Positions 21,048-32,086 of a DNA stretch of 64,000 nucleotides are shown in pieces; positions within the stretch are counted from its first letter, which is position 1, and every line of letters starts with the position of its first letter. The notes beneath the pieces were generated by a model. The model was not told the DNA's origin. It did no database searches and was given only the letters and a program-made list of their open reading frames with translations. The DNA comes from an uncultured Gemmatimonadaceae bacterium. GTDB taxonomy: Bacteria; Gemmatimonadota; Gemmatimonadetes; Gemmatimonadales; Gemmatimonadaceae. Location: positions 448,001-512,000 of the forward strand of contig CAWHHI010000004.1 in the NCBI GenBank assembly GCA_963829055.1. The letters run 5' to 3'. The translations under genes and the position numbers were made by a program.

Positions 21048-22796
21048 CGCGCACGCTCCGCGCCGTTGACGGAAGCAGATGGCTGCGCCCGCACGACGAA
21101 CGATGCACTTCGGTTGAGCCGAGCACGCTCGGCGGGCGAATCGGCGGGTAGTGGATCGTTGTTGCCAATGGCGTCGGTCGTGATGCGCGCGGCGCCGATG
21201 CCGAGTGACACGAGGCGATCGCGAACGGCGAATGCCCGTCGGCGGCTGAGCGCGAGGTTGTCGCTCTCGGCGCCAGAGGGGTCGGCGCGGCCCACGACGG
21301 TCAGGCTCACGTTGTAACGGATCGTCGTGGCGGCGTCGAGGAGCTCTCTGATCTTCATCGCGACGAGGGCGGTTGCCGCAAGCGCTGATCTGTCGAGAGA
21401 GTCAGCACCTGGCGCGAAGAACGCATGCGAGCGCTCGATCTCAGCGGCGATCGCTTCCAGTGTCGGCCGGCAGCCCGGGTGCGACGCGCGAGAAATCGAC
21501 GGAGCCGACTCCAGCGAGGGCGGGGGCGACCGACTCTGCGCGCACGATCCAGAACGCCGGCGCGCGGCCGGCGACACTCAGGGTATCGCCGTTCAATGAG
21601 AACGTGACACCGACAGGCGGCGCCAATACTCGTCGAGCGCGCGCGAGCAGCAGCGCGGGCTCGGTCGATACATACGGCTCCCAGTGTGCGACGACGTCGT
21701 TGGTGTCGACGCCCCTGCTCGCGAGCAACAGCGATGGATTGCGGGCGAGCGGATCTCGCATGCCGGTGAGGTGCCACTTTCCGCCGTCGCGCTCACTGCG
21801 AATCACGACGATGCCTGGTTCGGCCTCGAGGCGCGTCATGGCCGTGTTCCACTGTCGACCGCCGCGCGTCGCCCACCAGGACAGCGCGGCGACGATGAGC
21901 AGAACGGGAATGGCCCACGCGAATTTCCGTAGCCCAGGCTTCGATGCCGCACGGTCCGTCGACAGCACCGTCTCGATGCATTCTTCGAGCAGCGGCTGCG
22001 TGGATGTGAACGCGGTCGCATCGCCATTGAAGGATGCGAGCGGATTCGACCACTGCAGGTGAATCCTCTCGACGGTCGTCTGCAACTTCACGGGCAACGT
22101 GTTCGGCGGCGTTCCACGCACGACCGCGGCGATGTACGCCTGCGGTCCGGGCTCCACGAGCACGGTGAGATCGCCAGCCGCGAACGCGCGCAGCTCGCCG
22201 GTGTGCTTCGGCTCGAACGAGTCATTCACGAAATCGCCGATCGCCGTCAGCATTCCCGAGATGAGATCGGCGTCGCCTGACGAGTCCTCGGGTACGTGCG
22301 CGAGCAGGAGCCCCGTCTCTGCATGGACGAGGAAGACCTGCTCCACGCGATACACGAGCGCGTGACGCATGACGATCTGCGCGAACGAGACGCCCGTGCG
22401 CCACGACTCGATGCGCCATCGAATGCCCTGCGGCGAGAAGCTGTGCTCGATGGCGCGATTGATCGTGTTGACCAGCCCCGCCATCGTCTCGGCGATCGCC
22501 TTGCGGATCGATGGGCCGAGGACCGGGAAGATCGCGGTGGCGATCTCTTGCGGGTTGCGGCGCACCGACTCGCTGATCGCGCATTCGACTGTCGGCGCGA
22601 GCGCAATGCCGAGCTGTCGATCACGATTGGTGCGCTGCATGATCGCCTGAGGCAGATGCTCGGCGATCTCGTCGGGCGTCAGCTCGAACGTGTCGAGTCG
22701 GCGGCGAAGCTCGTCGAGTTGCCGCCGCTCGCCGCCGAACAGCAGATCGCGGAGTTCGGTGAGCTCGCGAACGCTTAGATCACCGTCATCCGACAC
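21044..22796 (-). CDS. Membrane protein with N-terminal cytoplasmic domain, TM helix and C-terminal OmpA-like domain (frameshifted)
   Basis: VEQVFLVHAETGLLL, DADLISGMLTAIGDFVNDSF; TM FAWAIPVLLIVAALSWW; GRADPSG...NLALSRRRAFAVRDRL...LNRSASF. Confidence 0.82.
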
Positions 22797-22798
22797 GG

Positions 22799-23440
22799 TC
22801 AGCTCCGCGGAGCCTTCGCGGGCGTGCGTGAGTCACCACCGAGTCGCGTTGCCATCTCGGAGAATACGCTGACGATGGCGGAGACGTCGGTCTTGTCGGT
22901 GCGGAGCGAGGCGACTTCGCGATTGAGATCGCTCGTGACGCGCTGCGAGAGTCGTTCGATCTCGGCGGTGATGGCGCGCGACTGCTGCATGATCTGATCG
23001 CGAATTTCCGCATCGGCCATGCCGGTGAGCTCTTCGAGCTTCACGTGCCGCTTCTCGAGTGAACGCAGCACTTCCTTGAGCTCGGCCGACAGCGCTTTGA
23101 GCTCCTCGGTGCGCTTCGTCCGCTCGGCGACGAGTCGCTCGCCGAGCACCTCGGCTTCGTGCTTGGCGCTGGCGTCGACCTCGGCGAGTTGCTGCGAGAA
23201 GTCGGTGCGCATGGACGCCTGCTCGCGCATGAGGCGCTCCTCGAGCCCTTGCAGGCGCGACTCGACGGCGCGCATCTGTCCGCCGAACAGGATGTCTCGG
23301 ACCTTGTCGAGACTCTCGGGCGCGGTGTCGTTAGGCGGAAGGTCCGCTGGGCGAGTCACCGCCATCACCACCGGCGCCGGCGCGGCTGGCGCCGGAGTAG
23401 TCCGCCCGTTTCCGGGACGGTTGTTCTCGATCCTGGCCAT
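22799..23440 (-). CDS. Coiled-coil protein
   Basis: SLDKVRDILFGGQMR followed by long helical E/R/L-rich stretch; 2 bp from next gene. Confidence 0.75.
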   Translation of the reverse strand: MARIENNRPGNGRTTPAPAAPAPVVMAVTRPADLPPNDTAPESLDKVRDILFGGQMRAVESRLQGLEERLMREQASMRTDFSQQLAEVDASAKHEAEVLGERLVAERTKRTEELKALSAELKEVLRSLEKRHVKLEELTGMADAEIRDQIMQQSRAITAEIERLSQRVTSDLNREVASLRTDKTDVSAIVSVFSEMATRLGGDSRTPAKAPRS

Positions 23441-23660
23441 GCGTTGAAGCCTCACGTCGGGGTGGAACGACCGACTCAATTACATCGACGCCGCTCAGGC
23501 CAAGGTAGGGACTGAAACGGCAAGCGGAAGTAGGGAAGTCGCTGCGGGCTGCACGCTGCGCTGCACGCTGCTTTTGCCGACGGCTGCAAGCGCGGCAGCT
23601 ACGCCGCCATCGCGCCATCAGCCATCAGCTGACGCGCAGCGTCGCCCAGCCCCAGCCCGC

Positions 23661-23710
23661 CAGTCCCAGTCCCCAGTCCCGATTCCCGAGTCCCCAGTCC
23701 CGATTCCCGA
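23661..23710. repeat. Mixed (CAGTCCC)/(GATTCCC) heptamer run just after the peptidase stop
   Basis: cagtcccagtccccagtcccgattcccgagtccccagtcccgattcccga. Confidence 0.8.
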
Positions 23711-23711
23711 C

Positions 23712-25760
23712 CTACTGGGCCACCGGCTTCAGGTATCGGTCGTACCACTTCAGGTATCGATCCAGCCGATCCACCCGATAGCTCGGCAGGGTGATCCCGT
23801 GGAAAGAGTTCGGGTAGATCACGAGCTGCGTGTCGATTCCCAGTGACTTGAGCGCCTGATACATCTGCTCGCTGCCGGCCGTGGGGACGTTGAAGTCCTT
23901 CTCGCCGCTCATGAACAGCGTTGGAGTCTTGATGCGGTCGGCGTGGAAGAACGGATACGAGACTTTCATCCAGGCGTCCGGGTTCTTCCACGGGGCGCCG
24001 AGCTCGGTCTCGTACTGCAGGATGTACTGATCCACGCCGTACATGGACGTCTGCAGCGCGCTTCCGGCGCCGCTGATGGCCGCCTTGAAGCGCGGCGTGG
24101 TTGCGATCGTGTAGTCCGTCGTGATCCCGCCGTAACTCCAGCCGCCGATGCCCAACCGGTCCGGGTCGGCGATGCCCTTCGAGATGACGTAATCGGTCGC
24201 GGCGAGGACATCGATCACTTCCTTGTTTCCCCAGTCGCCGGAGATGGCGTTCATGAACTTCTCGCCGCGGCCGTTGCTACCACGGTAGTTCGGCGACACA
24301 ACGACGTAGCCGTTGGCGGCGAACAGCTCACGCTCGAAGTTGAACGAGTACTGATCCTGCCCGGTCGGACCACCGTGGATCCGCAACAGCGTCGGCATCT
24401 TGCCGCTCGAGCCCGCGGGGCGCGTCACCACGGCGTGCACGTCGGCGCCGTCCGGCGTCTTGAACTCGATGCCTTCGGTGGTGCCGAGCTGAATCTCCGA
24501 AAGCCACTCGTCGTTCTGGTGCGAGAGCGGCCGGAGCGTGCCGTTCTCCAGGGCGTGAATTTCCGGCATCTCGGTCGACGTCGATGCGAGAACGGCGAGC
24601 TTGCCCGCCCGGGCCCATGGAGACGTTCGAGACCACGCGTGGTCCATTCGTGAGCTTCTCGACCGGGCCGCCTGTCGCCTTGATGCGCGCGACGTACTGC
24701 GTGCGATCGTCGGTCACAATGAAGAGCAGGGAAGCGCCATCGGCCGTCCAACGTGGAGACGTCACGGGCCGATCGAGCGATTCGGTGAGGAGGCGTGGCT
24801 CGCCACCGGCCGCCGGAATCACGGCGACGCGATACTGGTCGTAGATGGACATCGTCTTCGACCCACCGCGAACGTACGCGATCGACTTTCCGTCCGGGCT
24901 CCACGCCAGCTTGCTGCCGCTGTTGTTGTCGTCGCCCTCGAACATCGTTAGGCGTCGCATCTCCGCGCCCGGGACGTGCGTCGATCACATAGATGTCCGC
25001 GTTGATGCTGCGATCGGGATCCGGCGAGCGGTCGCTGACGAAGGCGATCATCTTCCCGTCCGGCGACCACGACGGGTTGGACTCGTCATACTTGCCCGCC
25101 GTGAGCACTTCCGACTTCTTCGCCGCGACGTCGAACAGGTACAGGTGGCTGCGCTGGTTGCCGAGGTAGCCCTGGATGTCCTGCTTGAAGTGGTAGCGAT
25201 CGAGGACGATCGGCTTCGGTGCCTTCGCCTTCGTGGAGTCAGCGGTGCTGGCGGTATCTTCGGGGTCGTCGACGCTGAGGACGAGGCGCGTGCCGTCGGG
25301 CGACCATTCGTAGGCGCTGACGCCGCCCTTGATCTCGGTGAGACGCGTGGCCTCGCCACCGCGGCGATCGAGTAGCCAGACCTGGCCGCCCTTGCCGCCG
25401 TCGCGCGATGAGATGAAGGAGAGGTAGCGGCCGTCGGGACTCCACCGCGGCTGGCTCTCGCCGTCCTTGGTGGACGTGATGCGCAGATTCTCCTTGCCGT
25501 CCCAACTGGCCATCCACACGTCGGTGTCGTTCTTGTCGCGTGCGGAATCGGCCACGGTGACGGTGTAGGCGACCCACTTGCCATCAGGCGAGATCTGCGG
25601 GTCGCGAACATCGCGGACGCGGAAGATGTCGGTGGCGCGGAGCGGCCGCTTGGCGGCGCGCCGGGCGCGAGGCGTTAGGCGTGGTGGGCGACGTCCTCGG
25701 CCCCTGGGCGATGGCGGCGCTCGCGGCGGCGGTGACAGCGATGACTGACAGAATGCGCAT
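23712..25760 (-). CDS. S9-family serine peptidase (frameshifted)
   Basis: Signal peptide; WSPDG propeller repeats; IHGGP, NYRGS, GGWSYGG nucleophile, GEKDFNVP, YPNSFHG. Confidence 0.92.
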
Positions 25761-25821
25761 GGGTGCGGAGGTCACGAGAGTCAGACGAAAATCGGCGCTC
25801 GGCGCCGGTTGAGTTGGCGGA

Positions 25822-26274
25822 TCATGCGTTAGGTGGCACGACCGCGGTGGCTTCGATCTCGATTTCGGCGCCGGGCTCGAGCAGCGTCGAGACGACGACG
25901 ACGGACATGGCAGGGTAGTGGCGGCCGAAGATCTCGCGGTATGCGGCCCCGATCGCTCGCGCTCGCGGAGGTACGCTTCGCGACCTGTGACGAACCAGGT
26001 GAGCCTGACGAGATGTGCGGGCTCGGCGCCAGCCGGCGGCGAGCACGGGCCACGATATTCACGAACGCCTGACGCGCCTGCGCGGCCATGCCACCCGTCG
26101 ACGACGCGCTCGGTGATGGGATTCCACCCGATCTGCCCGGACAGGAACAGCGTGCGCCCTTCGGCGGAGACGGCGTGAGAGTAGCCCGAGCCGCGTGGCC
26201 ATCCGTCGGGAATCGGGAATCGGGAATCGGGAATCGGGCGCGGGATCGATCTCCTCGGTGGGCTCCTCGCTCAT
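25822..26274 (-). CDS. RidA/YjgF-family protein (frameshifted)
   Basis: [52 protein letters not shown]. Confidence 0.8.
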
Positions 26275-26370
26275 GGCGCCTCCCGATGGGCGTCGTTCCG
26301 CGCGACTGCGTCTTCGATTCCCGATTCCCGCCGCCCGGTTCGCCGGGCCCCGCCGATTCCCGATGTTCCC
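26208..26370. repeat. (GGGAATC)n ... (GATTCCC)n element spanning ligase/RidA junction
   Basis: Four GGGAATC units at 26208-26235; gattcccgattccc at 26316-26329. Confidence 0.8.
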
Positions 26371-28013
26371 GCAAACGAAATCTCTGCAACTTCCCCGTGT
26401 CGGTTCTCGGCAGCTTCTCCACGAACTCGATCCGTCGCGGGTACTTGTACGGCGCGATCTCGGCCTTCACGAAATCCTGCAGCTCGCGGGCGAGCTCGGG
26501 GGTGGCGGCGCACCCCGGCGCGCACGACAATGAATGCCTTCACGACGTGACCGCGGTCCTCGTCAGGCGCGGCGACGACGCCGCACTCCTGCACCGCGCG
26601 ATGCTCCAGCAGCACGTTCTCGACCTCCGCGCCCGACACGTTGTGTCCGCCCGTAATGATCATGTCGTCCGTGCGCGCGACGTACCAGAAGTAGCCCTCG
26701 TCGTCCTGACGGAACGAGTCGCCGGTGACGTTCCAGCCGTTCTCGACGTAGCCGCGCTGACGCTCGAGATCGCGCGAGGTAGCGGCAGCCGGTCGGACCG
26801 CGGACCGCGAGCCGACCGATCTCGCCACGCGGTACCTCGGAGCCGGTCTCGTCGACGCAACGTGCCTCGTACCCGGGCACCACGCGACCCGTCGATCCCG
26901 GGCGAATGTCGTCGCCGCTGGCCGAGATGAAAATGTGCAGCATCTCCGTCGCGCCGATGCCGTCGATGATGCGCATGCCCGTCGCCTTTTCCCACGCCTC
27001 GAACGTCGCGCGCGGCAGATGCTCACCGGCGGACACGCATTTCGTGAGCGACGAGATGTCGTACCGGTCGAGCATGCCGAGCATCGCGCGATAGGCCGTC
27101 GGCGACGTCCAGCAGACGGTCGGCCGTGCTCGTGAATGCCGTCGATGAGCTGCGGCGGCGCGGCCTGCTCGAGCAGAAGCGACGCTGCGCCCACGTCGCA
27201 TCGGGAACAGCACGAGCCCGCCGAGACCGAACGTGAACGCGAACGGCGGCGACCCGCAGCAGAATGTCGTCGGCGAGACAGCTTCGCCACCGACCGCGGG
27301 AAAGCAGTCGCAGATCGCCAGCACGTCGCGATGAAAGTGCATCGTGCCCTTCGCGTTGCCGGTCGTGCCTGACGTGAACGCGATGAGCACGGTGTCGTCC
27401 GCGGCGGTGTCGCAGTTCGCGAACGTCGCGGGCTTACCGACCATCATCGTCTCGAGCGAGCCGGGCATCGTTGGACGCGAAGTGAACGGTGCGTCCACCC
27501 GGTCGCGGCGCGCCCGCGCTCGTCTGACCTCATCGCGGTCTCGCACTCCGGCGCGAACCGCGCGTCGCATAACGCGAGCGAGATCTCCGCCTTGTCCGCG
27601 ATGTACGTCAGCTCGCGCACGCGCAGCAACGGCATCGTGCACACGACCACCGCGCCGACCTTCACGATCGCGAACCAGCACGCGACCATCATCGGCGAGT
27701 TCGGACCGCGCAGCAGCACGCGATTGCCGGGAACGACGCCCAGGTCGTCGACGAGCACGTGGGCGATGCGGTTCGACATCTCGAGCACGTCGCGATACGT
27801 CCAGCGTCCGCCGGGGAAGAGAAACGCCGTGCGGTCGCCGTCGCCTGCTTCCACCATGCGGTCGAGCAGCTCGGTCGCGCAGTTGAGCTGTGACGGGTAT
27901 GCGAGCTCGGGCAGCGACGCCGAAATCCATCGCGGCCACAGATCGGCCGGCGGCAGCTGGTCGCGGCAGAACGTGTCGACGTGCGCGGACACGCCGTGGG
28001 GCGCGTTAGGCAT
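26271..28013 (-). CDS. abmG: 2-aminobenzoate-CoA ligase-like AMP-forming ligase (frameshifted)
   Basis: [86 protein letters not shown]. Confidence 0.82.
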
Positions 28014-28025
28014 CGTCGAGCGGGC

Positions 28026-28141
28026 TGTCATTCCGAGCGGACGGCCGTAGGCCGGAGTCGAGGAATCGCGATCGTCGAGAGGGCCCTCTGTCGGGAGTCG
28101 CGATTCCTCGACTGCGGCTTCGCGCTCCGCTCGGAATGACA
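28026..28141. repeat. TGTCATTCCGAG ... CTCGGAATGACA palindromic element (copy 2, variant)
   Basis: Terminal arms plus gtcgaggaatcgcga / tcgcgattcctcgac inner stem. Confidence 0.88.
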
Positions 28142-28148
28142 GGCTCAC

Positions 28149-29353
28149 TCACCCTGCTCCTCCGCTTCGGCAATGATCTGGCCGGCGATCACGAGCTTCT
28201 GGATCTCGCTCGTGCCCTCGTAGATGCGCAACGCGCGGATCTCGCGATAGAGCCGCTCGACCGGTTCGCCGACCACCACTCCGCGGCCCGCCGAACAGCT
28301 GCACCGCGTCGTCGATCACGCGCTGGGCGGCCTCGGTCGCGAACAGCTTGGCCATCGCCGCCTCACGCGTCACACGCTCGGCGCCGGCGTCCCGTGTCCA
28401 CGCCGCGCGGTAGACCAGCAGCGCGCTCGCGTCGACCGCGGTCGCCATGTCGGCGAGCTTGGCCTGCGTCAGCTGAAAGTCCGCGAGCCGCTTGACCGAA
28501 CGCATGGCGCGAAATCGCGTGCGCCGTCGCTTCCGTCAACGCGCGGCGCGCGAAGCCAAGCGCCGCGGCGCCCACCGTCGACCGAAAGATGTCGAGCGTG
28601 CCGAGCGCGACGCGCATGCCCTTGCCTGGTTCACCGACGATCGACGCTCGCCGGGACGCGGCACTCGTTGAGCTCGAGCGTGCCGAGTGGGTGCGGCGCG
28701 TTGACCGCGATACGCTCGCTGACCGTCAGCCCCGGATTGTCGGCGTCCACCACCACCGCGACGAAGCTCGTTCTCGGCATCCATCGAGCCGCGCGAACAC
28801 GACGTAGAACTCCGCGATGCCGGCGTTCGAGATCCACGTCTTGCGACCGTCGAGCACCAGATCGCCGCCGTCGCGCCGTGCGTGGTTTGCATCGCCGACA
28901 CGTCGCTGCCGGCGGCGGCTCGGAGAGCGCGAACGCCGCGATCGCCTCGCCGGACGCGACACGCGGCAGATAGCGCTGCTTCAGCTCGTCGCTTCCGAAC
29001 TGAGAGATCGGACCGGAGCCCAAGCCCTGCATGCCGAAGGCGAAGTCGGCCATCCCGGACAGCTGACCGAGCGTCTCGCGAGCGAGGCAGATCGTCCGGA
29101 CGTCGAGGCGGGCAGGGCGCGAGGCCGTACGGCTCGGGCACCGACGTACTGCAGCCACCCGCCGGCACCGAGTCGCCGGACGATTTCGCGGAACGTGCCG
29201 TCTACGTCCTCCGGCTCGTGCGGCCACGAGCGGCGCGATTCGATCGGCCGCCCACGACCGAAGCTCGAGCGCGAACTCGCGATGCGCGTCCGTGAAGAAC
29301 GGCCACGCGAGGTGGCCGAGCGCGGACGGAGGGCGCGCCACGCTCGTGCTCAC
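28149..29353 (-). CDS. Acyl-CoA dehydrogenase (frameshifted)
   Basis: [75 protein letters not shown]. Confidence 0.9.
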
Positions 29354-30194
29354 GCTACTCGCCCGTGAACGCGGGTGTCGACGCGGTTCGCGAACGCGCG
29401 ATAGGCGCGCACGAAGTCATCGGTCTGCATGCAGATCGCCTGCGTCTGCGCCTCGGCCTCGATCGCCTCGTCGATTCCCATGTTCCATTCGTGGTGCAGC
29501 GCCTTCTTCGTCATCGCGTGCGCGAACGTTGGGCCCTCGGCCAGCGATTGCGCTAGCGCTCCGGCCTGTTCGGCGAGCTGTCTGCCGGGTCGACGAGGCG
29601 ATTGTAGAAGCCCCACCGCTCCGCTTCCGCACCGTCCATGAAGCGGCCGGTGTACAGCAGCTCCGACGCGCGTCCGTGGCCGATCACGCGCGGCAGGAGC
29701 GCGCATGCGCCCATGTCGGCGCCGCTCAGACCGACGCGCGAGAACAGGAACGCGACCTTGCTGCGCGACGTGCCGAGGCGCATGTCGCTTGCCAGCGCGA
29801 TAGCCGCGCCGGCACCGGCGCAGACGCCGTCGATGGCGGCGACGATGGGCTGCGGGCAATGACGCATGGCCTTCACGAGGTCGCCCGTCATCCGGGTGAA
29901 CGCCAGGATGTCGCCCGTTCGCCCGGACTCCTTCATCTGCACGAGCGGTCCAATGATCTCGTGCACGTCGCCGCCTGACGAGAAGTTTTCGCCGGCGCCG
30001 GTGACAATCACCGCGCGCACGTCGGTGACGTAGGAGAGGACGCGAAACGTCTCGGTGAGCTCGCCGTACGACTCGAACGTCAGCGGGTTCTTTCGCTCGG
30101 GCCGGTTCAGCGTGATGGTGGCGACGCGACCGGCGAGGTCCCAGCGAAAGTGGCGGGGACGAATGGTGGTGACGTCGATGCCGATCGGGGACAT
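29350..30194 (-). CDS. Enoyl-CoA hydratase/isomerase (frameshifted)
   Basis: [53 protein letters not shown]. Confidence 0.9.
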
Positions 30195-30327
30195 TGAGTG
30201 TCGAGGTGTACCACGGTCGCGGTGAAGTTCAGGGCACTTACGGACGGTCGAGTGTAAGAGTCTAGCTGGCGACGCTCCCGTCGCGTAGGGTGTCGCGAGC
30301 GCGCGAGAATCCATTCGGGCGAGGGCC

Positions 30328-31797
30328 ATGCAGCTGATGGTGCGGGTTGCAACAATGCTGTCCGTCGTCATCGCGGCACACGCGCTGAGCGCGCAGGGTC
30401 CGCGGTCGACGGCCTCCGCGACCGGGATCGAAACCATCATCACGCGGCGTCGTGTTCGACAGTCTCGCCAATGCGCGGTCTCGCCGGCGCGACCGTGCAG
30501 ATCGCCGGATGCGACCGGAAAGGCGTGGACGAGCACCAAGGAAACCGACGGAACGGCCGCTTCGAGTTCGCCGACGTTCCCATCGGCACGTACCTGCTCG
30601 GGTTCTTTCACCCGAAGCTCGATTCGCTCGCGCTCTCGAGCCGACGTGCTGCGCGTGGACGTCCGGACGCGAGCAGCCGATGCGTCGTGCGGCTCGGCGA
30701 TCCCATCGGCGCGGACGATCGTCGCGTTCGATCTGCGGTGCGAAATCGGTCACCGATTCGACGGGCCTCTTCCTGGGGTACGTTCGCGGCGCGGACAACC
30801 TCAATGCCGCGCCCGAATGGCGTCGTAAGCGTTCGGTGGACCGAGATCGTCATCGAGAAGAAGTCGATTCGCTCGCGAGCTTCCGAGCGCGAATGCGTCG
30901 ACCGGACCAACGGGGCTGTACGCGATGTGTGGCATCCCCGCTGTCGACGCCGATCGTGCTTCAGGCCGCGAGTGAGGCCGACAGCAGCGGATCGTTCGAG
31001 GTCACCGTGCCCGCGACCGGCCTGCTACCATCGCGATGTGTTCGTCGCTCCGTTCACGCGCACGAAGGTGGCGATATCGGACTCGGCGCCGGCAGTGGAG
31101 CTGCTCCGCGGGCACGGGGCGGTTCGCGGCCGCGTGATCGGAACGAATGGTCGTCCGGTCGCAGGCGCGCGTGTGATGGTGTGGGGCACCGGCCTCGAGA
31201 CGGCAACCGATGGCGACGGCGAGTTCGCGCTCCAGCGGTCTTCCGGGCGGCACGCACACGCTCGAGGCACGCGCGGTGGGGTTCATGCCTGCGCGGACGC
31301 CGGTCGACATCGTGCAGGGGACGCCGGGCGCGACGGAGGTCGAGCTCACGAATTTCGGCATCACGCTCGACACGGTGCGAGTGTTCGGCGCAGCGCCTGT
31401 ACACGTCGAGGCGTGAGGCGGACTTCGAGCGACGTGTGCAGACGGGCACCGGCCACCTGATCGACGAGAAGGAGATCGAGAAGCGAAAGCCGATGGTCCT
31501 GACGGATCTGCTTCGCAACGTGCCCGGCGTGATGATCCTGCCGGACCAGCACTCGTGGGACGTCGCGTACATGCGTGGAGGGCAGAGCGTCCTCGGGAGC
31601 GGTCTCTGTCGCCCGGATCTCATGGTCGACGGCATTCGCGTCGCGAATGACGAATGTTCCCGCTCAACTCCATGGTGTCGACGACGGAGATTCGCGCGGT
31701 GGAGGTGTACGCCCACTCTGCCATGGTCCCGGCCGATCTCGCGTCCGCCAGCGGGTGCGGAGTGATCGTGATCTGGACGGGGGCGCGACGGAAGTAG
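30328..31797 (+). CDS. Secreted protein with carboxypeptidase-regulatory-like domains and C-terminal plug-like domain (frameshifted)
   Basis: [74 protein letters not shown]. Confidence 0.7.
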
Positions 31798-31839
31798 CGG
31801 CGGCCAGTTTGCGAGCAACGTTAGGTATTCCGCAGTACG

Positions 31840-32081
31840 TGTCATCCCGAGCGCCAGCGAGGGACCTTCTGTGAGGTCATCGTAGCCGGCTGGCGTTCCT
31901 GCGACTCGGACCGGCGGAACGCAGAGCGCTCTGAACGCGCAGAGAACGCAGAAGAGAAATGAACAAATTGCTCTTTGCCGTTTTCTGCGTGGTCTGAGCG
32001 CTCTGAGCCGTCTGCGTTGCGTAGTGCCATACTGACCACGATGACCGTCGAGAAGGTCCCTCGCTGGCGCTCGGGATGACA
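31840..32081. repeat. TGTCATCCCGAG element (copy 3) with nested ACGCAGA/TCTGCGT inverted repeat
   Basis: Outer arms tgtcatcccgagcgccagcgagggaccttct / agaaggtccctcgctggcgctcgggatgaca; inner aacgcaga ... tctgcgtt at ~31918-32018. Confidence 0.9.
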
Positions 32082-32086
32082 GCCAT

